Assembly: GCA_963738485.1 (NCBI GenBank)
Contig: CAVTWK010000002.1
Location: forward strand, 63,183-127,182
Direction: 5' to 3'
Source of the DNA: an uncultured Acidobacteriota bacterium
GTDB taxonomy: Bacteria > Acidobacteriota > Vicinamibacteria > Vicinamibacterales > SCN-69-37
DNA: 64,000 nt
Shown here: one piece after another, positions 31,001 to 40,700 of the stretch
Numbering within the stretch: position 1 is the first letter of the stretch
How the letters are laid out: each line of letters begins with the position of its first letter
Notes under the pieces: model-generated
What the model saw: only the letters and a program-made list of their open reading frames with translations
Database searches by the model: none
What the model was told of the DNA's origin: nothing
Made by a program: the position numbers and the translations under genes

Positions 31001-31475
31001 GACCAAGGCGGCGGCGACCGTCGCGCTGGCGTTCCCTGACGGCCTGCTGCGAGGTGGCGATAGTCGGCGGGGGCGTTTGGTCTTCACGCAGAACGCGGCG
31101 GCTGAGTGCACGCGTTGCCACTCCGTGGGCGTCGGCGGATCGGATGTGGGCCCGAATCTCAGGACCATCGGCACCACGCTCCTGCGCGAGCAACTGCTCG
31201 AAGCACTCGTGAACCCGAGCGCGAGGGTGGCGCCAGGCTTCGGCGTCGTCACGGTGACCCTCAAGAGCGGGGAGTCGGTATCCGGCACGCTTCGCGAGGA
31301 GACCGCCACGGAGATCGTCATGCTGTTGCCGGGCACGCCCGCCGTCGAGCGGCGCGTGTCCAAGGCACAGGTCGCCGAGAGGACGGACCCGGTCTCGGCG
31401 ATGCCGCCGCTCGGCCTGGCGCTCAGCCCGCGCGACGTGCGCGACCTGGTCGAGTACCTGGCCACGCTGAAGTGA
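28011..31475 (+). CDS. PVC-type membrane-associated dehydrogenase-like protein (beta-propeller, HEAT repeats, cytochrome c)
   Basis: AGGAG RBS; DTNGDG repeats; GPDGRLY/GPDGALY; HEAT repeats; haem motif CTRCH; VGPNL; SAMPP. Confidence 0.88.
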   Translation: MQVRRLFHGASIAVLIVVAGGLVSGRQVPAGGLPKVPATVRLDAAEAARLAREVRAGAKVELPPGLELTLWAPQQLLIDPVAIDIDARGRAYVTSTTRNNLPLDIRPHPDWTTTAHTLKTTDELRRFYLSQMAIDRSAVNTWIVDMNGDGSRDYRDLEEMKERVYRIQDTNGDGIADLSELVMEGFNKDPVSDIAGGILYHEGDLIVGVPPGIYRLHDTNGDGKTDRQTTISEGFYTHPTFGGHGISGVTIGPDGRLYWEVGDMGMHVVDAAGRAWSYPNQGVVVRSELDGSGFEVFASGIRNLQEFSFDEHANLISVDNDGDHQGETERLVYLTYGSDTGWRSNWQYGKYTDPKNNRYNVWMAEGLFKTRHVGQSSHILPALAPWHAGPAGMAFNPGTALSDEWRKHFFVASFPGGAANARIYGFTLDEDGAGFSMGPERTLLRGILTVGMKIGPDGALYLTDFISGFNSNNNGRLWKLDTPATAGSAARKEVQALLLENFADRPSTGVAPLLQHIDMRIRQKAQFDLVRRRDVGALLAAAKQTTHPLARLHGLWGIGQLARRDPGQASSLTAFLTDSDAEVRAQAVRMIGDVRYAAANDRVVALLADPAPRVRYFAAETLARTAYAAATRPLIEMLAQNDGKDVHLQHAATLALASIGDSAALGALSSHPSRALRTAAVMALRRMRHPAVARLLADADEWVATDAARAINDDGSIPTAVPQLAGMLGRSTTTNEPFVRRAINANLRVGSAEAVGRLGALANDGTRPMALRLEAVAALGVWTSPSPLDRVDGFYLAPFGLPAAAGAQGAARDGAAAASAIAQLIESSVRAGTPAATAEMKIALAEAAGRLNAGAAAPALLGLLRTDPSAPVRVASLQALQVLRVGSMDELMQVALADSDAGVRRAALSVLPSLPMSAAAKVQHLTAVVSKGSLVEQQGAFEVLGALKTPESRRQLATYLDDLIAGRTAPELQIDLVSALETDGGADLAQRLEAQRKTKAAATVALAFPDGLLRGGDSRRGRLVFTQNAAAECTRCHSVGVGGSDVGPNLRTIGTTLLREQLLEALVNPSARVAPGFGVVTVTLKSGESVSGTLREETATEIVMLLPGTPAVERRVSKAQVAERTDPVSAMPPLGLALSPRDVRDLVEYLATLK

Positions 31476-31483
31476 GGGAGACG

Positions 31484-33550
31484 ATGCTGTTCCGGCCGCC
31501 AGCCAGCCATCGTCGCGTCGTCAGGGCCATCGTGCTGGCCGCGTCGGCGGTCGTCGTCGTCTGGGTGGGCGCCGCGCCGCCTCAGGGGAGCCCGCCACCC
31601 GTCAACGCGTACATGCCCCGGCCCACGGGGTTGTCTGGCGAGGACGTCGCCTCGCTCAAGGCGGACATGGCGAGGCTGGCCGATCGGGTTGCCGCGCTCA
31701 AGGCGCAGTATCCGACCGGCGCCATGCGCGATCGCGTCGCCGATGTCGAGGTGTTCTGGTCGGCACTCCACAACCAGATCGATCGGGATCTGCGGACCGA
31801 CCTTGCCCGTGCGCGTCGCGCCGTGCAGACGGGCCTCGAGCGATCCGCGCAACTGGCGGCAGGGCAGACGCCCTGGATGCTGACGAACGGAGTCCGCGGG
31901 TTCTATTCGCGGATCGACGGCTCCGCACAGCCCTACATCCTCAACCTGCCCGTCGGGTTCGCGGTCAGCGACGCGCGTCGCTATCGCCTGGATGTCTTCC
32001 TCCACGGGCGCGACGACGGCGGCTTCGAGTTGAACTTCTTCAACAAGAGCACCACGACGTTCACCGGGATGCCGTTCAACCCTGGGCCTGATCGATTCAT
32101 CCTGCAGCCCTACGGCCGCTACAGCAACGCGAGCCGATTCGCTGGCGAGACGGATGTGCTCGAGGCGATCGCCTCCGTGCAGCAGGCCTACGCGATCGAC
32201 GAGAACCGGGTCGTCATTGGCGGGTTCTCCATGGGCGGGGCGTCGGCCTGGCATCTGGCGCTGCACCACGCCGACCGCTGGGCGGCCTCCTCGGCCGGCG
32301 CGGGCTTTGCCGAGACGGCGCAGTATCTGAAGCTCACGCCAGCGACAATGCCCCCCGACTATCAGCAGACGCTGTGGCGGATGTACGACGCAAAGGACTA
32401 CGCGCTCAACGCCTTCAACTCGCCGACGGTCGCCTACTCGGGCGAGATCGACCCGCAGAAGCAGGCGGCCGACGTGATGGAAGTGGCAATGCGCGACGAG
32501 GGCCTCACGCTCGAGCGGATGATCGGGCCGGCGACGGGGCACTCGTATGAGCCGGCGACGCGGTTGGCGCTGATTGCGAGACTCGACGAATTGGCCGCGC
32601 GCGGCCGCAATCCGGCGCCGCAGGAGATTCGCTTCACGACCTGGATGCTACGGTACCACCGCATGTACTGGGTCGAGATCGACGGCATGGACCGCCAGTG
32701 GGAGCGCGCGCGGGTGCACGCGAAGGTGGATGGCACGCGCGTCGAGGTGACGTCGAGCAATGTCTCGGCGCTGCGGCTCAACTGGGCGCGTGGCCTGGCG
32801 CCGTTTGCCGCCGGCGCTCGCGCACAACTGGTCATTGACGGCTCTCGTCTGACGCTCCCGCCGGTCGCCGCGGACCGGTCGCTGCGTGTGGACCTCATCA
32901 GGCAAGGCGGGGAAAGCGGGGCAGCCGGTGACGGCGCGCGATGGCGCCTGGGCGCCTTCCCGGCGACCACCCTGCGCAAGAAGCCAGGACTCCAGGGGCC
33001 GATCGACGATGCGTTCATGGAGTCGTTCCTGATCGTGCGCCCGACGGGCACGGCGCGTCATGAGGCGATCGGGCGCTGGACCGAGGCGCAGCTCGCGTAT
33101 GCGGTCAGCGAGTGGCAGGATGTCTTTCGGGGCGACCCACGCATCACGGACGACACGGCGATCACGGCTGCCGACATCGCCGCGCACAACCTGGTCATCT
33201 TCGGCGACCCTACGAGCAACGCCTTCTATCGGCGCATCGCCAGCCGATTGCCGATCACCTGGACGGCGAGCGAGGTCATCGTCGGCGCCAGGCGTTTTCC
33301 GGCCGCGATCCATGTGCCGGTCCTGATCTTCCCGAATCCGCTGAATCCCGCGAAGTACGTGGTCATCAACAGCGGCTTCACGTTTCACGATCCCTCGAGC
33401 AACAGCCGCCAGTCGCCCAAGCTGCCCGACTGGGCGGTCGTCAACGTCACCGAGCCGGGCACCCGAGCCTTGCCGATGTCGGTGACGCTCGCGGGGTTCT
33501 TCGACGAGCGGTGGCGGCTAGGTGGTGGTGCCGCGATAGCCCAGCGGTGA
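31484..33550 (+). CDS. Exported alpha/beta hydrolase (S9/esterase-like)
   Basis: SRIDGSAQPY; FLHGR; nucleophile elbow GFSMGG; GEID; TGHSY. Confidence 0.8.
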   Translation: MLFRPPASHRRVVRAIVLAASAVVVVWVGAAPPQGSPPPVNAYMPRPTGLSGEDVASLKADMARLADRVAALKAQYPTGAMRDRVADVEVFWSALHNQIDRDLRTDLARARRAVQTGLERSAQLAAGQTPWMLTNGVRGFYSRIDGSAQPYILNLPVGFAVSDARRYRLDVFLHGRDDGGFELNFFNKSTTTFTGMPFNPGPDRFILQPYGRYSNASRFAGETDVLEAIASVQQAYAIDENRVVIGGFSMGGASAWHLALHHADRWAASSAGAGFAETAQYLKLTPATMPPDYQQTLWRMYDAKDYALNAFNSPTVAYSGEIDPQKQAADVMEVAMRDEGLTLERMIGPATGHSYEPATRLALIARLDELAARGRNPAPQEIRFTTWMLRYHRMYWVEIDGMDRQWERARVHAKVDGTRVEVTSSNVSALRLNWARGLAPFAAGARAQLVIDGSRLTLPPVAADRSLRVDLIRQGGESGAAGDGARWRLGAFPATTLRKKPGLQGPIDDAFMESFLIVRPTGTARHEAIGRWTEAQLAYAVSEWQDVFRGDPRITDDTAITAADIAAHNLVIFGDPTSNAFYRRIASRLPITWTASEVIVGARRFPAAIHVPVLIFPNPLNPAKYVVINSGFTFHDPSSNSRQSPKLPDWAVVNVTEPGTRALPMSVTLAGFFDERWRLGGGAAIAQR

Positions 33551-33557
33551 GGGCGGT

Positions 33558-34439
33558 CTACTTCTGCAGGTACTTCCTCACGTAAGCCATGCCATCGACC
33601 GCGCTCTGGAAGGGATCCACGGCGAAGTTGCCGCCCTGTTCAACGAAGAAGTGCTTCATGCCGGACATGGCCGTATCGGGCCAGATGCGGGTGTAGTCGA
33701 TCGAGCCGTTGCCCAGTTCGGTGTAACGCCGATTCACCTTGTGCATGTCCTTGACGTGCCACATCTCGAAGCGGCCCGCCGCTTTCGTGAACCACTCACG
33801 CGGGGGCTGTGTGGTGTCGAAGGCGTGCCAGTACAGGTCGATTTGGAGCTTCACCCGCGCCGGATCGGTCTCCTTCAGGATGATGTCGTACGGGAATTGG
33901 CCGTTCTGCGCCACGAACTCGCCGCCGCCGTTGTGGTACGCCACGCGAAGGCCGGCCTTGGCCGCCTGCGCACCGATGGCGTTGAGCCGCTCGGCCACCC
34001 GCTTGTAGGTCTCGATCGTACGCGCGGCCGGCTCCACATACGGCCACACGACGTACTGCTGGCCGAGCAGCTTCGCGCCTTCGATCACCCGATCCACGTA
34101 GCGGGTCATCGCGTCGGGGCTCGCGCCGAGGAAGTTCTGAAAATCGTAGTGCCCGGTGGGCGCGGGCAGATTGTGATCGCGCAGGGCCCGCGCGAAGTCC
34201 GCGGCCGGCATCCCGTAGTACGTCAACGCGTCCGGGTTGATGCCGTACGTTTCGACTTCTTCGTACCCCATCGCCGCCACACGCTTGAGCGTGCCGAGAG
34301 GGTCGCGGTTCATCGCCGAATTGAGGGTGAAGAGCTGCAAGCCGATCTTGTAGCGTCGTGGCGTCTGCCAGGTCGGCAAGACGACGGCAGCCGACGCCAA
34401 CAGACCCGCCTGGTGAATGAACGCACGACGGTCGATCAT
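33558..34439 (-). CDS. Tat-exported sugar phosphate isomerase/epimerase (xylose-isomerase-like TIM barrel)
   Basis: DRRAFI Tat motif; GLQLFT; AYHN; QIDLYW; WHVKDM; ELGNG; FVEQ. Confidence 0.88.
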   Translation of the reverse strand: MIDRRAFIHQAGLLASAAVVLPTWQTPRRYKIGLQLFTLNSAMNRDPLGTLKRVAAMGYEEVETYGINPDALTYYGMPAADFARALRDHNLPAPTGHYDFQNFLGASPDAMTRYVDRVIEGAKLLGQQYVVWPYVEPAARTIETYKRVAERLNAIGAQAAKAGLRVAYHNGGGEFVAQNGQFPYDIILKETDPARVKLQIDLYWHAFDTTQPPREWFTKAAGRFEMWHVKDMHKVNRRYTELGNGSIDYTRIWPDTAMSGMKHFFVEQGGNFAVDPFQSAVDGMAYVRKYLQK

Positions 34440-34822
34440 GGGAGTCCTCCAGAAAACACCCCACGCGATGCTCGCCGGCCACTGGCACGGGGTCGTACCT
34501 CGCTCGCCGAAAGGCAGGTACGACCCCTTCTCACGCGCGTCGCGTGGGCGCCCCGTTTGGCCCCCGTTTGGCGTCACCCACAGCGAGGAGTTCTGAAACG
34601 CGCTCTTAGTCGTCGGCTCGGGCGCGGAAGGCGCCAGCGTAGCAGGTTCAGGCGTTCGGATGCGGACAGAGCTTGCGTGTGAGCTTCACCGGTGGTCGCC
34701 GACGAGTGGTGCGTGACGATCGGAACGCTGACGCGCAGAAGGTGCCGCGAGTCACCGGTGCGGCGGTGGCGGTCGCGCTAGTCAGTTGACTTAGTCATCA
34801 GACCTAGTCTAGTCTCCGCCGT

Positions 34823-35130
34823 CGGACGACAGCAGACGGGCATCGGCACACGGCCTACGGTCAACAGGCCACGGCCCACAGCGAACAGACGACAGCCCAC
34901 GGACGACCAGCAGATGGACGGGCCGTCAACAGCACACGGCCCATAGCCGACAGGCCACGGACGACAGCAGACGGGAAGACTGCCAACGGCCCACCGCGGA
35001 CGGCCGACGGGCTCCGGTCCACGGCCCACACTCCACCGCGAACAGCCCCACGGCCCACAGCCCAAACCGACGGCCGACAGAGCAGAGCAGACGGGCAACG
35101 GTCACAGACGACGGACGAAGGACGGCAGGC
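34823..35130. repeat. Degenerate 7-bp tandem repeat tract (approx. NACRGCS)
   Basis: gacagca gacgggc atcggca cacggcc tacggtc aacaggc cacggcc cacagcg...; strongly T-poor on + strand. Confidence 0.75.
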
Positions 35131-35231
35131 GCCTGCAGTCAATGGCCCCCAGCGAACACCGGAAGGGCTACCGACGGCGCTCTCGGGCGGCGCCTCTCCC
35201 GAGCGTGTAGGGCCGAACGGTTGGCGTCCCG

Positions 35232-35237
35232 TACAAT
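35232..35237 (+). promoter_or_regulatory. Putative -10 box of the tRNA promoter
   Basis: TACAAT 8 nt before the tRNA 5' end; no clear -35. Confidence 0.45.
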
Positions 35238-35245
35238 GGCGGAGC

Positions 35246-35321
35246 GCGCCTGTAGCTCAGGGGATAGAGCATCGGCCTTCTAAGCCGAGGGTCGCAGGTT
35301 CGAGACCTGCCAGGCGCGCCA
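35246..35321 (+). tRNA. tRNA-Arg (anticodon TCT)
   Basis: Acceptor GCGCCTG/CAGGCGC; anticodon stem TCGGC/GCCGA with loop CTTCTAA; GTTCGAGAC T-loop; encoded CCA; 76 nt. Confidence 0.97.
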
Positions 35322-35391
35322 GTTTGCTGAGCAATTCGCAAATTCTCTAGCAATCTCAGCCCGTCTCCACCCGTCAGAAACCGTCGATTTC

Positions 35392-35461
35392 GGCATGGCA
35401 CCCGGCATGGCACCCCTTCCAGGGGCGTTCAGGGGGTGTCGGCATGGCAGCTGGCATGGCA
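35392..35461 (+). repeat. Putative integrase arm-type sites (GGCATGGCA x4)
   Basis: Copies at 35392, 35404, 35441, 35453. Confidence 0.7.
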
Positions 35462-35541
35462 GAGGGGCGAAGCAATTTGGCGCTCCGAAACGGGTCAGCG
35501 GCCGGTTCCTTGAGAGGGTGGGGTCCAGGGCAGGACTCCGA

Positions 35542-35682
35542 CACTACGTGGCCGAGGCGCGCGAGCGGGCCGCCCACTTGGTGCGCGAGCATGGTTCAGA
35601 GCGCCCGGCGCAGTGCACGGCGATTAGGTCGGTCGCCGGCAAGTTCGGCTGCACACGGGCCCTCCGGAATTGGGTGCGCTAC
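35542..35682 (+). pseudogene. IS3-family transposase OrfA remnant
   Basis: YVAEARERAAHLVREH...AIRSVAGKFGCT-RALRNWVR matches the IS3 OrfA HTH pattern; no OrfB follows. Confidence 0.7.
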
Positions 35683-35967
35683 GCGCCGCCAGTGAGTCCC
35701 AGATCCGTTCCTCGTCACTACGGCGTTAGTCGAGACATATCCATCCCTGGCTCGGTGTTAGGGTGGAATTCGCAGTCTGGCTCATCAGTGGGGCGTGAAG
35801 CGTCGGCGGCGTCCAACCCCACGCACGCCTTCTGCGGCGGTTCGCCGACGTGCAAGAATGGCGCATGACCGCGGCGGCTGGCCACCGGTGACGCTTATCG
35901 TGCCGTCTGGCCGACGCCGTCTCGCGGCGCGATCACTCACCGGCGTCGGGCCGGCGATCGGGACGCT

Positions 35968-38301
35968 ATGAGGCTGGACCCGGGCACACGACTCGGGCAC
36001 TACGACATCCTCAGTCTCCTCGGCAAGGGCGGGATGGGTGAGGTGTATCTTGCCCAGGACGTCCGCCTCGGCCGCCGGGTCGCTCTGAAGGTTCTGCCAG
36101 CTGCATGTGCTAACGACCAAGACAGCCTGGCCCGGTTCATCCGCGAAGCCAGGGCGGCCTCGGCGTTGAATCATCCGAACATCATCACGATTCACGACAT
36201 CGGCGATGCGGCGGGCACGCACTTCATCGCCTATGAGTTCGTGGACGGCAGGACGCTCCGCGACGTCGCACGAAGCGCTCCCCTCGACGCCGCGACGGCG
36301 ATCGACATAAGCATCCAGGTGGCGTCGGCGCTGGCCGACGCTCATCGGGCCGGCATCGTCCATCGCGACCTCAAGCCCGACAACGTGATGATCCGGGCGA
36401 CGGGGCTCGTCAAGTTGCTCGACTTCGGCATCGCCCGCCTGTCGCGGCCCCCCGAGACGGATGTCACGGTGACGGCGATGCCTGGCCAGACCCTCGGCGG
36501 CGTGCTGATCGGTACGCCGCAGTACATGTCGCCCGAGCAGGCACGCGGTTTGGAGGTCGATCATCAGACGGACCTCTTCAGCTTTGGCGCGCTCCTCTAC
36601 GAACTGCTGTCGGGGACGTCGCCGTTTGCTGCCGGTACCGCCACGGACGTCATCGTCGCAGTGCTGACGCGCGAACCGCCGCCGCTGACGGGGGTGCCGC
36701 CGGCCCTGGCCGATATCGTCAGCCGGGCGCTGCAGAAGGACCGCGTGCAGCGGTATGCGACGGCAGCGGAGCTGCTGCTCGACCTCACCCACGCGAAACA
36801 GACGCTCGGCGCCGGCCGAACGGCGCCGGCCGCGCGCCAACACGGCGACACGCCGCCGCAGCTCGCGACGGCCGGGTCAACGGCTACGCCGCGCGCCATG
36901 ACGTCGCTCGCTGTGCTGCCGTTCGCCAACATGAGCGCGGACGTTGACAACGAGCACTTCTGCGACGGCCTGGCTGAGGAGCTGCTGAATGCGCTGTCGA
37001 AGATTAACGCGCTGAGGGTGGCGGCGCGCACGTCCGCATTCTCGTTCAAGGGCAAGGCCGTCGACGTCGGCACTATCGCGAGGACGCTCGGCGTCACCGG
37101 CGTGCTTGACGGCAGCATTCGGCGCTCCGGTAATCGTCTTCGCATCTCCGTGCAGCTCGTCAACGCGGCCGATGGCTATCAGGTGTGGTCGGAACGCTAC
37201 GACCGCGAGATGCGCGACGTCTTCGAACTGCAGGACGAGATCACTCTGGCTGTCGTCGCCGCGCTGAGACTGAAGCTGTTCGGCGAAGAGCGTGCCGCGG
37301 TGCTGAGGCGCTACACCGACAACGCCGAGGCCTACGAACTGTTCCTGAAGGGCCGCCACCACGCCTACAAGTACACGGCGCAGGGCTGGCAACGCGCGGT
37401 CGAGTTCTTCGAGAAAGCGATCGCCCTCCAACCAGACTACGCGCTGGCCTATGCGGGCATCGCGGCGTCACGCGGCTGCCAGTGGTTTTTCGGCATCCTG
37501 CCGGCAGAGCGGGTGATCCCGCAGTGCAAGGCGGCCAGCGCGCAGGCGCTGGCCATCGACGACGGCCTTGCCGATGCATATCTCTCGCTGTCGATGATCA
37601 CGTTCTTCTACGACTGGGACTGGCGCGGCGCCGAGCGGGCGTTCATCCGCTCGATCGAGATCAACCCGAACAACAGCGAGGCCCTGTCGTACTACGCCTT
37701 GTTTCTCGTCTTCGATGGGCGCGTGGACGAGGCCATGGCGGTCAGCCGGAAGGCGCTGGCGCTCGACCCACTCGCGCCGCTCATCAACATGAACGTCGGC
37801 TGGACCTACTTCGCCGCCGGACGGCCAGCCGAAGCGTCGCAGCAGGCCGCGAAGATGGTCGAGAAGGATCCGGATTTCTACGGCGCCTACTGGCTGCAGG
37901 GCGCCATTCATCTGAGCGCGGGCGAGTACCAGGCGGCGGTCGGCCAGCTGCGGAGCGCCGTGTCGCTCGGCGGTCATCAAGTGGTGGTGGCCGACCTGGC
38001 GTCGGCCTGCAGCCTGGCTGGCGCCACCGGCGAGGCCACCGCGATCCTCGACCGGTTAGTGGACCTGCGGCGGCAGCACTACGTGCCAGCCATCTGCCTG
38101 GCGCGCGTCTTCAGCGCTCTCGGGAACACCAGGACAGCGATCGAGTGGCTCGAAGCCGCCTTCGCCGAACGCAACGGGGAGATGGTGTTCCTCGAACAAG
38201 AGATCGCCGGTGCTGCCGACGACGACCCAATGCGGCAACTGGCTGCCGAACCAAGAGTCAGAACGCTGCTCGACAGCATGCGCCTGCCGAAACCGGTGTG
38301 A
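35968..38301 (+). CDS. Ser/Thr kinase with TolB_N-like and TPR domains
   Basis: LGKGGMGEVY; HRDLKPDN; DFGIA; YMSPEQ; SLAVLPFANMS..DNEHFCDGLAEELL; TPRs. Confidence 0.93.
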   Translation: MRLDPGTRLGHYDILSLLGKGGMGEVYLAQDVRLGRRVALKVLPAACANDQDSLARFIREARAASALNHPNIITIHDIGDAAGTHFIAYEFVDGRTLRDVARSAPLDAATAIDISIQVASALADAHRAGIVHRDLKPDNVMIRATGLVKLLDFGIARLSRPPETDVTVTAMPGQTLGGVLIGTPQYMSPEQARGLEVDHQTDLFSFGALLYELLSGTSPFAAGTATDVIVAVLTREPPPLTGVPPALADIVSRALQKDRVQRYATAAELLLDLTHAKQTLGAGRTAPAARQHGDTPPQLATAGSTATPRAMTSLAVLPFANMSADVDNEHFCDGLAEELLNALSKINALRVAARTSAFSFKGKAVDVGTIARTLGVTGVLDGSIRRSGNRLRISVQLVNAADGYQVWSERYDREMRDVFELQDEITLAVVAALRLKLFGEERAAVLRRYTDNAEAYELFLKGRHHAYKYTAQGWQRAVEFFEKAIALQPDYALAYAGIAASRGCQWFFGILPAERVIPQCKAASAQALAIDDGLADAYLSLSMITFFYDWDWRGAERAFIRSIEINPNNSEALSYYALFLVFDGRVDEAMAVSRKALALDPLAPLINMNVGWTYFAAGRPAEASQQAAKMVEKDPDFYGAYWLQGAIHLSAGEYQAAVGQLRSAVSLGGHQVVVADLASACSLAGATGEATAILDRLVDLRRQHYVPAICLARVFSALGNTRTAIEWLEAAFAERNGEMVFLEQEIAGAADDDPMRQLAAEPRVRTLLDSMRLPKPV

Positions 38302-38327
38302 ACGGATTTATGGACACGAGGAGAGAT

Positions 38328-38699
38328 ATGACAACGCCGTTCGATGAACAGGGCATTCGAGAGGCCATTTCGTTCTACACGGAGGGAATACGGACCGGCG
38401 ATGTGGAGATGCTGAAGCGCGGCTTCCACGAGCAGGCGATCCTGTGCGGCTATCTGGGCGACGACCTCATCGCCGGCCCCATCGCCGAGCTCTATGCCTG
38501 GGTGGCGGCGAATCCTGCCCCGGCTGCGACGGGCGACCCGTTCTCGTGCGAGACCCTCGGCATCGAAATGACCGGACGCGTCGCCACGGCGAGGGTGCGC
38601 GAAAGCGATCATCACGGCGTGGTGATCGACCACTTCCACCTGTTGAAGGTGGCCGAGCGCTGGTCGATCGTCAGCAAGCTCTGGGATGCCGAGCTGTAG
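38328..38699 (+). CDS. NTF2-like (putative lumazine-binding family) protein
   Basis: GAGGAG RBS; Y.EG...GD...LKRGFH..A; DHFHLLK...WSIVSKLW. Confidence 0.85.
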   Translation: MTTPFDEQGIREAISFYTEGIRTGDVEMLKRGFHEQAILCGYLGDDLIAGPIAELYAWVAANPAPAATGDPFSCETLGIEMTGRVATARVRESDHHGVVIDHFHLLKVAERWSIVSKLWDAEL

Positions 38700-39080
38700 C
38701 GGGTCCATCGCGTCGCGAGCGGGAAGAATCGGGTGTCCCCAACTGCCTCGCGTCCCCGATCGCGTCGATGACGACGAGGCGGCCGGTGACGGAGCGAGCG
38801 CCGCTCGTAAGTCTGTACGGACTCCAAGTCAAACTCCCTTTCGTAGCCGAGCGACAGCTAGCGATTGGTCGCGATAAGTCGCCAAGGGACGACGAGCGCT
38901 CGTAGGCCCGTAGTCCCTCGTGCCCGCTAGCTGTGGCGTGACGTGTCGCGAGCCTGCGGGATGCGGTTGAGCCGCCAGACGGGCCCCGGAACGAGCCACG
39001 CTGGTGAGGCCCCACATCGCCAACGCCAGACCGCGATGCTGCGGCCGAAGGGTCGCGCGGCTCGGTCAGGACCTGTTCGG

Positions 39081-39118
39081 TTGACAAAGTGTCCGAAAAA
39101 TGACGTATACTTCGGACA
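39081..39118 (+). promoter_or_regulatory. Sigma70-type promoter with operator-like inverted repeat
   Basis: TTGACA 39081, TATACT 39106 (19-bp spacer); IR TGTCCGAA (39090) / TTCGGACA (39111). Confidence 0.65.
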
Positions 39119-39119
39119 A

Positions 39120-39854
39120 ATGCCAGCGGCCCGCGGCGTGTCCCTGGACCTCACCTCTCAGATTCTTGACCGAGTAGGGGGGAGCCCTGCCCACGTCTGG
39201 ACGCCGATCGACTTCCTCGACCTCGGCCCCCGGGCGGCGGTCGACAAGGCCCTTCAGCGCCTCGCGAATGCCGGCAACATCGCCCGGCTCGACCGAGGCC
39301 TCTACTACCTGCCGCGCCCCAACGCCCTCACGGGCCGAGCGACGGTGCCTGACTATCGCGCCGTCATCGACGCCGTCGCACGGCGAGACCAGAGCCGTGT
39401 GGTGGTCGATGGCCTCACCGCCGCGAATGACCTGGGACTGACGACGGCAGTGCCTGCGCGGGTCACTGTCCTGACCGACGCGCGGCTGCGCCCAATCCAG
39501 CTCGGCAATCAGCAGATCCGATTTCAGGCGGCAGCCCCGAGTCGCCTCTACTGGGCGGGGCACCCGGCCATGCGGATCGTCCAGGCACTGCACTGGTCGC
39601 AGGACCTCGTCGACTCCGATCGAGCGACGATCGTCCGCCGGTTGAAGGCGTTGGTCAACCACAAGACTCACGGCGGGCCGCTCCGACAGGACCTGGTGGC
39701 GGGCCTTCACACCCTGCCCATCTGGATGCAGTCCGTTGTTCGGGAGCTGCTCGCTTCAGGCAGCGCCCGGCCTCAGCCGAATCGTCCACGCCGGACATCG
39801 ACGGCAGGGAAGACGCCGAAGCGACTCCGCACCAGGCGAGAGCTGCGCTCGTGA
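39120..39854 (+). CDS. DUF6088 / AbiEi-like antitoxin regulator, copy 1
   Basis: VWTPIDFLDLGPRAAVDKALQRL...RLDRGLY; AANDLGLTTAVPA; LPIWMQ. Confidence 0.85.
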   Translation: MPAARGVSLDLTSQILDRVGGSPAHVWTPIDFLDLGPRAAVDKALQRLANAGNIARLDRGLYYLPRPNALTGRATVPDYRAVIDAVARRDQSRVVVDGLTAANDLGLTTAVPARVTVLTDARLRPIQLGNQQIRFQAAAPSRLYWAGHPAMRIVQALHWSQDLVDSDRATIVRRLKALVNHKTHGGPLRQDLVAGLHTLPIWMQSVVRELLASGSARPQPNRPRRTSTAGKTPKRLRTRRELRS

Positions 39855-40039
39855 ACCCGGCCTACGCACGCATCATCGCGGCCTCGGACGCCGACCGTCG
39901 TGACCTGTTCGCGACAACCGCGAAGCGGACCGACCAGAACGTCGAGAAGGGCTACTGGTTGTTCTGGACGCTCGATGCGCTGTTCAACCGCCGTCCGTGG
40001 CGTGTGACGACGTGTCGGGCTGCCTCGCCCGCCAAATAG
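39851..40039 (+). pseudogene. Truncated AbiEii nucleotidyltransferase toxin (N-terminal ~45 aa)
   Basis: GTGA-coupled; RRDLFATTA...NVEKGYWLFWTLDALF resembles the EKDFWVCWTL motif, then similarity ends. Confidence 0.7.
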
Positions 40040-40088
40040 CGGGCTTCCTTTTGAAGCGAATTTGTGTCATTTTTTGCTTCATAAATCC

Positions 40089-40700
40089 ATGGCACGACAC
40101 TCGCAATCGACTGAAAAGGCGATACTTGACCGCATCAGAGGGCACGGAAGGGGTTGGGTCTTCACGCCCCGCCACTTCCTGGATCTCGCTAGCCGTCCGG
40201 CTACGACGTCGGCGCTCCGGCGCCAGACCGAGGCCGGCACGATCCGCCAACTCGGCCGGGGCCTGTACGACTATCCGAAGCTGCACTCGAGCCTGGGCCA
40301 GCTCTCTCCGACGCCAGAGGCGCTCGCGAAGGCGATGGCCGGGCGCGATCGCGTCCGGCTCCAGCCATCCGGGGCCTATGCAGCGAACCTGCTCGGCCTC
40401 TCGGAGCAGGTGCCCGCAAAGGTCGTCTTCCTCACCGACGGTCCGAGCCGCGTCGTGCGGGTCGGCCCGATGACGCTGCAGCTGCGACGCACGACGCCGC
40501 GCAACATGGCGGCTGCCGGACGTCCGTCCGGGCTCGTCATCCAAGCGTTCCGTCACCTCGGCCAGGAGCACATCACGCCTGAGCGGATCGCCAGGCTCCG
40601 GCGCACGCTGCCCGCCGGCGACCGGCGCGCGCTGCTCAAGGATCTGACGTCGGCGCCCGAATGGATGCACCGTCCACTGAAGGAGCTGGCGGCGTCATGA
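40089..40700 (+). CDS. DUF6088 / AbiEi-like antitoxin regulator, copy 2
   Basis: GRGWVFTPRHFLDL; GRGLYDYP; AANLLGLSEQVPAKVVFLTDG; APEWM. Confidence 0.88.
   Translation: MARHSQSTEKAILDRIRGHGRGWVFTPRHFLDLASRPATTSALRRQTEAGTIRQLGRGLYDYPKLHSSLGQLSPTPEALAKAMAGRDRVRLQPSGAYAANLLGLSEQVPAKVVFLTDGPSRVVRVGPMTLQLRRTTPRNMAAAGRPSGLVIQAFRHLGQEHITPERIARLRRTLPAGDRRALLKDLTSAPEWMHRPLKELAAS

Noticed and set aside
34778-35142. Cys/Trp/Val-rich ORFs of 106 and 93 aa on the minus strand as candidate RiPP precursors
   Set aside because: They are translations of the heptamer repeat tract and lie 20 kb from the YcaO operon.
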